Origin: Rhina ancylostomus
Lineage: Eukaryota
Direction of reading: 5' to 3'
NCBI GenBank assembly: GCA_030265395.1
Contig: JARFYF010000119.1
Coordinates: forward strand, 379,021 to 443,020
DNA length: 64,000 bases
Shown here: piece after piece, positions 25,201 to 38,400 of the stretch
Numbering within the stretch: position 1 is the first letter of the stretch
Layout: the number at the start of each line of letters is the position of its first letter
Position numbers and translations under genes: made by a program
Notes under the pieces: generated by a model
What the model was told of the DNA's origin: nothing
Databases searched by the model: none
The model's input: only the letters and a program-made list of their open reading frames with translations

Positions 25201-28200
25201 CTTATTCTCAAGCTCTATGAGATGATGGTCTTGAGCTTCTAGTCAGCAATAGAGAAGAAAAGGAGACAAATAAGATGACGATCAAAAGGCTGTGCACATG
25301 TGCAAAATTGACCCTGGAGTAGCCAAAGCTAAACAGTTCAGTGTCAGAGGCCAAGGTATCTGAGGTTGAGACCTTCTGTCAGGTTCCAGACCACCCCCAA
25401 AGAAATGCAAACTGAAATGCATAAAGGTCCCAGGATCTTGGTCAGATTAAATAAAATCCACTAAGCTCAACAGAGCCTCATTGATCTGCACACTAATTGC
25501 AAGTGCAACAAACAATCTGCTGGAGGAACCAGCAGGTCGAGCAGTATCTGTGAGAGGAAAGGAATTGTCAAGTCCTGATGCAGGGTTTCAACCCAAAACA
25601 TCAACAATTCCTTTTCCTCCCTCAGATGCTGCTCAACCCGCTGAGTTCCTCCAGCAGATTGTGTGTTGCTCCAGATTCCAGCATCTGCAGTCTCTTGTGT
25701 CTCCAATTGCATATGGTTTGCTTCTGTTGACATTCTATGCCAGCACTCACATTCAAATCTCAAAGCCTGAATTTTCCAGCCACAATCAAACAAAGACAAC
25801 TGGCTATCCAGGAGAATTTGGCAGTTACAGTACATGTGCATTTCAAGATAGAATTCAGTTTCTGACTGAGCCGAACTGGTTAACACTTTAAAAGGTTATG
25901 CAAAACCACACCTGCTATCAATTTCTTTGTAGATCCTCTGCCATCGGTCTATGAGCTGTGTTACTTTCTCATTGTACTTTGCAAGATCTATATCACACTT
26001 GTAGAAAGATGGCATTATGTCATCATTGATTCGGAGAGCTTCCTGCATACTTTGCTGCATCAACGTCAGCAAGTTCTTCTTTTGATCCAGTTCCATCTTC
26101 ATTTTCTAAGAGGAAAGAGCAAAACAAAAATAAGACTTTCAAAGCATAGTGAAATCACTGAAAGGCTTCCAGGTTATGGAGGCTCTTTGTACGAGTATGG
26201 ACACAGGCACATCCAACTCTACTTAACTATGAGGGAATGGAGAGGACAGGAGGTGTGCAGCCACCCAGGGAGCGTGGAGGAAATGCCCTATTTTATGAGT
26301 TCCCATTTTCTGAAAACCTCATCTGAACTGATATCTCAAAGTATGCTTGTTTGAGGGAAGAAAGGGGAAAGAAATCAGGAGTAGCTCACTTTTTAAAAAA
26401 AAAAGGCCTACAGCATCTGAAGGAGTTTATCCTAAAAACCAAAAGGAACCTTATAAATAGGAGAAACAAAGGACAACAGATGCTGGAATCTAGATGAAAA
26501 ACATGATGATGCTGGAGGAACTCAGCAGGTCAGGCAGCACCTGTGGAGAAAAGCAGACAGTTAATATTTCGGGTCAGGAGAAGGGTCCTGACCCAAAACG
26601 TTGACCACCTGTTTTTCTCCATGGATACTGCCTGGTCTGCTGACTTCCTTACAAACAGGAGCTGTTTTCCCAAGGCCAAATAGAGAATTTACTAACTTGT
26701 TCAGTAGTTCAAAAAACATTAATGTTGTTTGAATCACAAGCCAAGGAAATAAAAATGTTGGCCAGGTTTAATGCACAGATAGCTATTGGATGCAAGTGGC
26801 TATTTCAAACTTGGCCATAACCAGAATCAAACTATTCACTGAGGGACACTTTGTCAGAAAGGCACCCATATCCATAAAACTAGAACCCAGCACTCAAACT
26901 GGGTCTTTTTAAAAAAGAGGGAAGGTGGAACTGTTATATTGTCCTATGAGGAAATAAAATATCAAAATTATCTCCGAAAGTAATAATTGCTTCCTTCAAT
27001 TTTTAATCAGAGATCCCTTCTGTCTCACTTTCCTTTTAAAGTTCAGAAATTCTACCTTCATCACTAAGCAGTTTAAAGCCAAGCATCACTTACACACAAA
27101 AAGTAATCACTTTGCACTGGAGAAAATGCAGAGTGTACCGAAATGAACTGTTGAAAGAGTCAGAATAAGCCAGCTTTTACGACCCGGGTGGCAATCTGGT
27201 GTAATCGTCTGCACATCTCCCTTGGAAATCACTGGGATTGGTGGATTACCTGCTCTGCCAAATTATCACCTACCTAAATAAATTAATAATTGTCCCCAAA
27301 CAGATCTGAAAGTAATACCGTCTGTTCTGTTTACCTGCAGATTGTCTCTGTAAGATTCTATTTTCTCCAAACTCATCGGGACAGTCTCCTCTTCTGTTAG
27401 TCTTGCTTCATAAACTTTTATCAGATCTTCCACTTCGAGAATATTTTGAAAGAGTAATCTCAATGCTTTCATTCTAAGGAAAATTAAATTTAATTAATAC
27501 CTTAATGCAAAAAAAATCTGATCTCACAAAATTTTGGAATAGCAAATTCTACAATGGGCAATAATCGCTACTGATTAAACTTCAAAACCATTTCAAAACT
27601 CCTCTTTTCCTTAAATTAAAATGAAGCCATGAGAATACAATTTTTATTTAGTTATAGTGGATCTATTTCTTCCAGTTTTAAATTTTGATGTCCTCACTTA
27701 TAGCAGGATTGCCTACACAAGTTCATTGCTTATTGCAAACCCCACCTGCTGGATTTCCACAAATTGCTTGAAAAGTTTCCTAATATTTCAGCTACTTTAT
27801 TCCCCCTCAAATTGCCATTTTTATGTTAGGAAGCAAAGTTTTGGAGAAGTTCAAATCTATGGAGGGTGCAAGGTATGAGGCTGAACAGATGGTAAACCCA
27901 TCTAAATGATGGGCTTGCAGCCTGGAGTAAAGCAGAGTATTGAGCTGGATGCATTCATCATCCAGCCCAATACTTTCAAAAACCACCACTGGACTCTGTA
28001 CCAAGTCCAGTATCTGAGATGGAGATCGGCACCCTGGTGTCTGATTTGCCGTGCATCTCTAACTTGAGCACCACACAGGGTGGATAGGTGGTGATTCCAT
28101 CCAGAAAAGCATAACCTGGCCCATTCAGTCATAATACAATCTGTTGGATGCATAAACTTGAAATACACATCCTTTGCTACCTATTTTGTTGAATTGCTTA

Positions 28201-31200
28201 AAATACTTTTTTGGATTTGCAATAACTTTCATTTTTTTAATATCAGGTCATGTGAAAAAGTCACTCTCTGAAGAGGTTTGTTTTTACATTAAATGAGTAT
28301 ATAAATGGGCTGGAGTGGATAGGTGAGTGAGGGTATCATATTCAATCCAGGTTTGGGGGAAGCCAATTAGAAATTGCAAATTTTAATGTAATTGAAACTC
28401 CAGTTATTTTAGCTAGGTGTTTAGATAACCAAGAACACAAGAAAATAGGACCAGGAGTAGGCCACCAGACCCCTCAAGCCTGCCCTGCCATTCAATACGA
28501 TTATGGCTGATCTACACTGGCCTCAACTCCTTTCCTGCGCCATTTCTGCATAGCCTTCCATCTTTCATGTATTTATTCAACTCCACCTTAAAGACATCTA
28601 ACGACTTAGTCTCCACCACCCTCTAGGGGAGAGAATTCCAAAGATTCACCACCCTCAGAGATTTCTATGCACCTCAATTTTAAATGACCAGCCCTTATTT
28701 TGAAGCGATGTCCCCTTGTTTGTGACTCTCCCACTAGTAAAAACATCTCAACATCTACCTTCTCAAGCCACATTAAGATCTTAATTTTTTTTGAATAAGA
28801 TCACCCCTCATTCTTCTAAACTCCAAGCAAATCAGACCCAAATCGTCTAGCCTCTCTTAACAGGCCAACACTCCCTGGTGAATCTCCTTTGGATGGCCTC
28901 CAATGCTACTATATCTTTTTTTTTAAGGTTAGGGGACCAAAACTGCAATATTCCAGGTGTGGCCTCACCAGCACCCTGTACAACTGTAACAAAACTTCCC
29001 TATTCTTAAACAGCAACCCCTTCACAACAAAGGCAAATGTCGTTTGCCGTCTTAACTAGTTTTTGAAGTTGCCTGTTAACTTTTTGTGATTCGTGCACTA
29101 GAATTTCACTGTGTCAAAGGAGATCCCATCTTGAGAAAGGGAAAAGATGACAGAAACCATGCAGCATTTCAAGTTAGTCGAATAATTCCCATTCCATTGT
29201 GACAAAACCGAGACAATGTAGTTTGACGCGATGTGTCCCAGTCCCATGCCATAAGGAAATTTGAGGAATGAAAATCTAAAGAGAGAAAGATTTAAAACTG
29301 AAGTACAAATGTCAGCAAACAAACTTGCATACTGCTCAGAGGACTCGCTCTTTAATACAAACAACAGAAGAATATTAAGTGACACACTAAAACCTCTTCT
29401 AAAGCTGCAGCAGTCTGCAAGGTGGCTTGTCCCTTTAGGCTTCAGTTGCAAAACGAAATGTCAGTTGGAGGTCAGCATCACCTCAGGAGGATAATTTTGT
29501 CACTATTTTACAACTCTATCCTTCCACTATGTAAAATTTTGTTCTCTATCAATAAAATGTGAAATATGACAGATTAACAGAATTACTTTCCATTCATTTA
29601 ATGGCCACATTAACAAGTGAGAAACACTGAAGGAACTTTGTTAATATCAAGAAAAATGGAGCGCAACTGTGATACACAGCTGTTTAAATGAGCTGCCTCT
29701 TAAGGGAAAACCCTTAAGGACTCTTTCTTGAGAAGTACTGTAAACAGGCAACTGCAGGGAAACTATGAATTACAAAAATCTGATGTCAATCAGGAAAAGT
29801 TGCAATGGATTGAAACTCAGATTAAATCTATCATGGAACATCAACACTCATCACAAGATTTGTATAAAGTAATTCCATGTATTTTTAACATCTATGCTAC
29901 TGCAAAGTACGCTGCTACATATATTACATCCACTGCAGTTCCAGTTTACATTATTTGTATCTATAACATGGTTATTAACTTCCTCTCACCTCTCTAAATA
30001 GGCTGAAGAAAAGTCACTGCCATTCCTCAATCTTTGGCTTATTCGGCTAAATTCTGTTTCAAAGTAAGTCTTCTGATTACTAGATGCATTTGGTGATTGA
30101 TACCACCTATTCTGAAGGCTGATAAAGTCGTCGTCAATTGTATTCAACTGATCTTGCAAAGACTGTCAAGGAGAAACATATGAAACAAATTAGAAATGGA
30201 ATAAAATTTACATTTCAGATTTTAAAGATGTTTCAAGAACATAAGATACACTTCAAGTAAAATCTAGAACTCAAAATCATGCACTGCTTTTACAGACACT
30301 AATCAATAAGTAATTTGGAAATAATTATTTTTGGTACTAATGCCCAATTGTATTCCAAGCAAACTCATCTCCAAACTCCTAGATCTCGGACTCAACACCT
30401 CCCTTTACAACTGGATCCTTGATTTACTGAGCGAAAGACTGCAATCAGTAAAGATACGCAGCAACATCTCTGCCATAATTATCCTCAACATTGGTGCCTC
30501 ACAAGGCTGCATCCTCAGCACCTTACTACACTCTCTATGCGCTCGTGACTGTGTGGCCAATTTCTGCTCGAACTCCATCTGCAAGTTTTCAGATGACACC
30601 ACCAGTGGAGTGAATCTCAAACAATGATCAGTTGTGAGTACAGGAAGGAGGTAGAGAGGCTACTAGCATGGTGTCACAACGACGACCTTTCCCTCCGTGT
30701 CAGCAAAACAAAGGAGCTGGTCATTGACTTCAGGAAGCAGAGTGGACGTACGGTCCCCTGTCTGGATCAATGGTGCTGAGGTGGAGGTGGCTGGGAGCTT
30801 CAAGTTCCTAGGTGTGAATATCAACAACAATTTCTCCTGGTCCAGCCACATGGACATTATGGCCAAGAAAGCACACCAATGCCTCCACTGCCTCAGAAAT
30901 CTAAGGAAATTCATCATTTACCCAATGACTCTTACCAATTTTTACCAATGCACCACAGAAAGCATCTAATCCAGATGAATCACAACTTGGTGTGGCAACT
31001 GTTCTGCCCAAGACCACAAGAAATTGCAGAGTTGTGAACAAATCATAGTGCATCACACAAACCAGCCTCCCCTCCACTGACTCCACCTACATTCCCCACT
31101 GCCTCAGGAAAGCAGCCGACATAACCAAGGACACCCTGGTCATTCTTTCTTCTCCCCTCTCCTGTCGGGCAGATGATACAAAAGATTGAGATCACGTACC

Positions 31201-34200
31201 GCCAGACTCAAGGGCGGCTTCTATCCTGCTGTTATCAGACTCCTGAGCAGACCTCTCAAATGCTAAAAGGTGAACTCTTAATCTCCCAATCTACCTCGTC
31301 ATGTCATAGAGTAATACAGCATGGAAACAGGCCCTTTGGCCCAACTCATCCATGCTGACCATGGTGCCCAACAAGCTAGTCCATTGGCCCATGTTTGGTC
31401 CATGGCCCTCTGAACCCCTCTTATCAAAATGTCTTCTAAATGTTATTATTGTGCCTGCGTCAACCATTTCCTCTGGCAGCCCATTCCATTTACGCACAAC
31501 CCTCTGCATGAAGAAGTTGCCCCTCAAGCCCCTTTTACATCTTTCACCTCTCATCTTAATCTTATGCCCTTTAGTCTTTGGTTCCCCTTCCCTGGGAGAA
31601 AGACTGTGTGTGTTCACCCTACCTATACCCCTCATAATTTTATACACCTCCATGAGGTCACCCCTCAATCTCCTACGTTCCAAGGAATAAAGTTCTAAGC
31701 CTGCCCAACCTCTCACTGTAACTCAATCCCTTGAGTCCTGGCAGCATCCTTGTAAATCTTCTCTGCACTCTTTCCAGTTTAATGATGCCTTTCCTACAGC
31801 AGAGTGACCAAAACTGTACACGATACTCCAAGTGTGGTCTCACCAACACATTGTATAACTGCAATGTAACGTCCCAACTCTCATACTCAGTGCCCTGACT
31901 GATGAAGACCAAATGTTTTCTTCACCACCCTGTCTACCTGTAACACTATTTTCAGTGAAATATGTACTTGTACTCCTAGATCCCCCTCTTCCACAAGACT
32001 CCCCAGGCCCCGACCATTCACTGTTCGAGTCCTACCCTGGTTTGACTTCCCAAAATGCAACACTTNNNNNNNNNNNNNNNNNNNNNNNNNNNNNNNNNNN
32101 NNNNNNNNNNNNNNNNNNNNNNNNNNNNNNNNNNNNNNNNNNNNNNNNNNNNNNNNNNNNNNNNNAAATCTCAAATAACAATGAGTCAGAGTACAGAAAG
32201 GACAGAGGTCTTGGTGTCATGACAACAACTTTTCCCTCAAGGTCAGCAAAATAAAAGAGCTGGCCATTTACTTCAGGAGGCAGGGCCGCTACATGCTCCT
32301 GTTTATTTATGACAATAGTGCTGAGATCAAGAGTGTTGAGAACTTCAAGTTCCTAGGAGCGAACATCACCAATAGCCTGTTCTGGTCCAACCAGGCAGAT
32401 GCCACGACCAAGAAAGCACACCAGTGCTTCTACTTCCTCAGGAGGTTAAAAAAAATTCAGCACATCCCCATTGACCCTCACCAATTTTTATAGATGCACC
32501 ACAGAAAGCATCCTATCCGGATGTATCATTGCTTGGTACGGCAACTGCTATGCCCAAAACCGCAAGAAACTGCAAAGAGTTGTAGATACAGCCCAACACA
32601 TTACTGAAACCAGCCTCCCCTCCAAGGAGTCTGTCTACACTTTATTCTCTTCTCCCCACTCCCATCAGGCAGAAGATACAAAAGCCTGAAGGCACATACC
32701 ACTCTTGGCCTCACAATCTGCCTCGCCATGGATCTGCCTGTACTGCACTTTCTCTGTAACTGTAACACTATATTCTGCATTCTGTTATTGATTTTCCCTT
32801 GCACTACCTCAATGTACTGATGCAATATGATCTGCATGGATAGTATGCAAAACAAAGTTTTCTGTCAATCAGTACATGTGGCAATAATAAACCAACTTAT
32901 CAACTTGTTGAAAGAATATAGGGTGAACTTAAGCAGAAAGTTCTGAAATTCTAAAGTAGTTCAAGCAACAGGGGAGAGATAATGATGGCAGATCATCAGC
33001 CTGAAATTAACTGGTTCTGATCACAGGTGCTGCCTGCTCTGCAGATTATTTCCAGAAATTTCCAGAATCAGAGTAAACAATATTCAAATTTCCAGCATCA
33101 GCATTTTATTGATTTTCAACTAGATGAATTTACTTTGGCGAATTTGTTCTAATCAAAGAGTTGTTGGCTGAATTTCATAGAATTTTTTTAATTTCACATT
33201 GTATGGCGTGCAAAACTTTCCATTTTGGGGATACTCCAAGCAAACACTGTATATTGCAGTACAGATACCTGTAATCACTGTCCACAAGTTTTAAAGTAGA
33301 ACATCTTGCCTTAGATCTTCCGAAAACTGATAATTGTTTAGATATAATCCATAAATTTGTTAATACCTCTATTAAAATGTCAGATAAACACTTTTTAAAA
33401 TCCACCAACACTTGAAAAATTCAATTTCAAATCCCTATCTGCCTTAAAATTGCCTATTAGAGACAGCCATCTTTAATGGAACACTTCCTCCATCCTCCCT
33501 TGGAATGTATCCAATCTTGAATGTGTACTTATTTGGCACCAGTCTGGTATTTTCATTTCCTTCTGAGATGAAAAGCTCATGTGCAGTTAGGGATAGCTTC
33601 TGCTCAGGAGCCCAGTATACAGTAGGAACTGGCTTTTCACACAGAAAAAATATAAATCATTTCACATTGCACCTTACAGAGGTAGGAAACCCTCTTTCTA
33701 ATTGGAGTAGAAGGGGGTGAAAAAATGGTTTGTTAATTAATGCAGCTGGAGTGGTAGATTTTCCATTTCAAAGCATAAACTGAATACTGTGCAATAATGG
33801 AAAAAAATGGGAAGCTCATAAAAATTATGCATACAATAGAGGAAAGCTAATTTTTCCACCATTTAAAATAAAAGGGACAAAGTCTACACATTTTATTACA
33901 GTCAAATATTCCACAACATGCTCTCCTCAGTCAACTATTTACTAAAAGCACAACAGAGGATGATTTTCACATTTCTTTCACCACTCAGTCCTCTGAATCT
34001 GATTTATTGCAAGGCAAAAAAACATGATACTTTATTAATACCTGTCACACTCAGTACAAGTTTGCCAACATCTACTGACACTCAGTACAAGTTTGCCAAC
34101 ATCTACTGATTCAAAATGGAAAATTGTTTAGTATCTCAGACCCAAATAAAGGTGACTTCATTCTCTTTTGACCACAACTGAATTTTCTGACTCCTTTTCT

Positions 34201-35371
34201 CTCCTTTCCCTGTTTTCTTTCAATTTATAAAAACAATACTCAAATGGTTAAAAAAAATCCCATCTATCAGATTTACTTGTCAAAAAGCTACTGAAGTCAA
34301 AAGCTTTATTCAGAAGAAACGTGGATGCCTTTATGCTTACTCAGATTGCTGGCTCATTGGTTAATACACGAGACCAAAATTCAGCTTAAATGAAACAAGA
34401 TTCCTTTCCCTAATGACACATTACCTGGTAAAACTAATCAGAGGTATTCTTTTGCGTAGAAAATTTGCAGTCATTTTTAAAGTTAAAATTTCACATGCTA
34501 ATGTCATTTCATTCTCACCTCCAACTCAGACATTCTCTGTGCAAACTCCTCCTGTGCATTTGAATCAATGAGGAGATGTATTTTTTCCATCATTTTGTTT
34601 TCATTCACCTCCAAACGATGACGTATCTTCTGGAGTTCTTGCTGGAAATTCAAGTCTACCCTTGGTGGTGCGGGTTGTGGTGGTATTACCATCTGTATTG
34701 TACCTACCAAGGGTACCAGAGAACAAAGAAATTGATCATTCCATAAAGCAATTATTTCTGCATATCACAATCAGTTTGATTCATTATTGACCCTACTCAA
34801 TCTTCTGAAGCAGGCAACCATTCCAAACTGGTGAAACATCCAAAAAAGATACTATTTGACCTCACTCAGCACTCCCCAAGGAAGTACAAAGCTGATCTTG
34901 TTAACGGAATCTAGAAAAGCAAGTACCAGGAGGACTCCATCTTTGTTCTGTACAGAAGGAGAGGGAATGACAGCAGAGTTGCAGGGAATAGATGAGATAT
35001 GATATGGTCAGGGTCTCTATCCACCACAGTAGAGGGGAAGCCATGGTTTAGTAAGACAGAAGACACTTCAGAGGGACCTATGCAGATTTAATTGATCTAT
35101 TCTCCTTTTCAGTTTAACTCCTAACCCAGTACTCGTACAAGATGAAATCTTTTTCTCTGATGTACTTTGGGCATGGGAAAGAAAGAAAGGATAAACACCA
35201 GTGAGACTACATCTAGGGTTTTGAGAACAGTTCTGGTCACACCAATAGTGACTGCACTTTAAAGAAAGGTACAGAGGTGGTTTCCAAGGACGTTGCTAGG
35301 AATGGGTGACTTTTGCTTCAAGATGGGATCGTCTGTATTCTCTGGAAAAGATGGGGCTGATGGGAGATTTG

Positions 35372-35413
<42 letters not shown>

Positions 35414-38400
35414 ATAATAAGGAGGTAAGATAGAGGGGATATGCAGGACCGAATTGCCTGAACAGAGAGCCCAATACCCAGGGAGTTGAAATTCTATGTA
35501 ATTGTTGGAAAAGACTAGATTGGAATCGTGACTCTTTTTGCATAAAGGTGTCAGAGTCTGGCATCCACAGACTGAAAGGGTGATACAGGGCAAAACCCTC
35601 ATCACATTTGAAAAATGTGTACTTCAAGCTATGGAATGAGCACTGGGGAAGCGATAAGCTCTGCTCTGACCATCACAAGTAATTGGCTGTCCTCTAATGT
35701 TATACACTTCTACGACTCTATGAGGATACAAATATTTCATACCTCTTGTATAAAGCTTTCTAATTTTCCAAGCATGTCATCTAATTACATAATAAATTGA
35801 AAAGCTTACATTTCTATACCATATTTCACACCCACATTTTCTTTCACACAGCCAACCAAATACTCCTAAAGTGTAGCTACTGTTCTAATGTGGGAAGCAT
35901 TGCAACTAACTTGCACACAGCAAACTCCTACAATTAACAATGTGATAACAACCAGATAATTTATTTCTATGATGTTGATTGGCCAGCACTCTGGGTATAA
36001 CACCCCATCCACCCTCCACTCTTCTATAGTGTAGTGCTATGATGTTTCGCATCTACCTCAGACAGCAGATATGGCCTTGGTCCAATGTTCCATCTTTACA
36101 CATCCAATGGTGATTGCTATATTTGGGTGAATATCTAAATTTCTGAGCTCANNNNNNNNNNAATACTAATGAGGGATAGACAGCTTACAATTAAAATGAT
36201 GCAACTTCAATTATTCATCATAGAGAAATCAGTACCTTCAATAAATTACAACTTAGACAAAAGTTAACTCCCTACCATTCCATATTACGTATAGAACTAT
36301 AATGCTTATGTTACTGGACTAACAACCCAAACTTATGATTTAGAGAAAGAGCTCAAATCCTACAGCAGCTGCTATATCAAATACAAATAATTAAATAAAT
36401 ATGGAATAAAAATCTGGTATCAGTAATGGTGGCCATTTGACCCTGGATTATTGCAAAATCCTATCTGGTTAATTTTGTCCTATCCTAATGTAATTTAGTC
36501 TTACCCAGTCTGGTTTATATGGGAATCCACAGTAATAAAGTTAACTCTTAACTGTCCTCTGAAATAGTGTAGCAAGCCATTCAAATCAATAGCAATTAAG
36601 AATATACAATAATAATTCTGCTTGGTAGAGGATCTTATGCAGCATTAAAGTACTTAATACCAAGTAAGCTCCCACAAATCCACCTGGTATCAAGTACTTC
36701 AATGTTGCATAACATCCAAAACAGCACTGCGATGATTGTTTGTGAATATTTATCGACATTAATTTAGTTTTTTTCCTGGAAGATTTTCAGGAAAATTGTT
36801 TTCTAATCGAACATGACATGTTCTTTGCTGGCCGCCAATTTGCAGTGACATCCTGACCCAACTCCAGCTCTTATTGGTCTGTGGGCCTTTCTGCAAATCC
36901 CACTACACTCCTGATTTAGTCTGTGACCTTTACCACTCTCTTCATAAGAGATGAAATCTCTTACTCATTCTGGTGAGACTAAAGACACAATGTTTCCAAC
37001 CACACAGGATAATAACTTGAGAATTATTATGATCATGGAGGTTATTCTGTTATTGCACAGAAATTGTTTCTCAGACAAAAACAGGTTCCAATTTCAAATA
37101 GTTTTTGATATTTTAGATGAAAACTCATGAGACTTAACAGTACCCAAAGAATCCCTGCTCAAAAGGTACATGTGGATTTGCTTTTAATGTTAAAAAAGCA
37201 ACATGTTGATCTACTTTCAGCATCAATTTAAGATGAATTAAGTTACACTTAATCTTGTATCTATGTCACCTATTATTGGTGCCTCAATCAGTGGAAACAT
37301 GCATTTCATTTATTAGAACATAGAACAGTACAGGCCCTTCGGCCCACAATGTTGTGCCAAACTATATGAACACCTGTTCCATTATTAATCTAACCCCTCC
37401 CTCCTGCACAGCCCATAACCCTCCGTTTTTCTTACTTCCATGTGCCTATCTAAGAGCCTTTTAAATGTCCCTATTGTATCAGTCTCTACAATCACCCACG
37501 GCAGTGCAGTCCAGGCACCCACCACTCTGTGTGTAAAAGAACCTACCTCTGACATCTCCCCTGAATATTCCTCCTCTGACCTAATTCTCCAATCCAGGCA
37601 GCATCCTAGTAAATCTCCTCTGCACCCTCTCTAAAGCTTCCACATCCTCCTTATAATTAGGTGACCAGAACTGAACACAATACTCTGTGTGGTCTAACCA
37701 GAGTTTTATACAGCTGCAATGTTACCTCGNNNNNNNNNNNNNNNNNNNNNNNNNNNNNNNNNNNNNNNNNNNNNNNNNNNNNNNNNNNNNNNNNNNNNNN
37801 NNNNNNNNNNNNNNNNNNNNNNNNNNNNNCCAGGCAGCATCCTGGTAAATCTCCTCTGAACCCTCTCTAAAGCTTCCACATCCTTCCTATAATGAGGTGA
37901 CCAGAAATGAACACAATACTCCAAATGTGGTCTAACCAGAGTTCTATGGAGCTGCAACGTTATCTCGCGGCTCTTGAACTCAATACCCCAACTAATGAAG
38001 GCCAGCGCACCATTCGCCTTCTTAACAACCCTATCAACTTGCATGGCAACTATTCTCTCCTTCCCCAACGTAATTTTAAACACATTTATTAAATCACCAT
38101 GTAATCTTTTCTGTAGTTAAGTTTGCCTCAGTACTTTAATGGGTCACTTATTTAAATGAGCAACTCTGGAATATTGATGCCTGCAGGCAGAAGCTAACAA
38201 ATACTTAAGAAAACACAGAATAATGCACTATAAATTGCATATATTACTGTTCTGATTAATCTGGTAGTTTGAATTTTCTATACAATATGTGACAATGTTG
38301 GAATTTATCTAATAGTTTTTTTTAAAGAAAGCTGATATATACCTTCACAAAGCTGACAAAAATTGCTCGTCACTCTTCTAAAAGCAGCAGGGTGGAAATC

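Noticed and set aside
34047-34108. Direct repeats of CRISPR-like length
   Set aside because: Two adjacent copies with no spacer in a vertebrate intron, so a simple tandem duplication.
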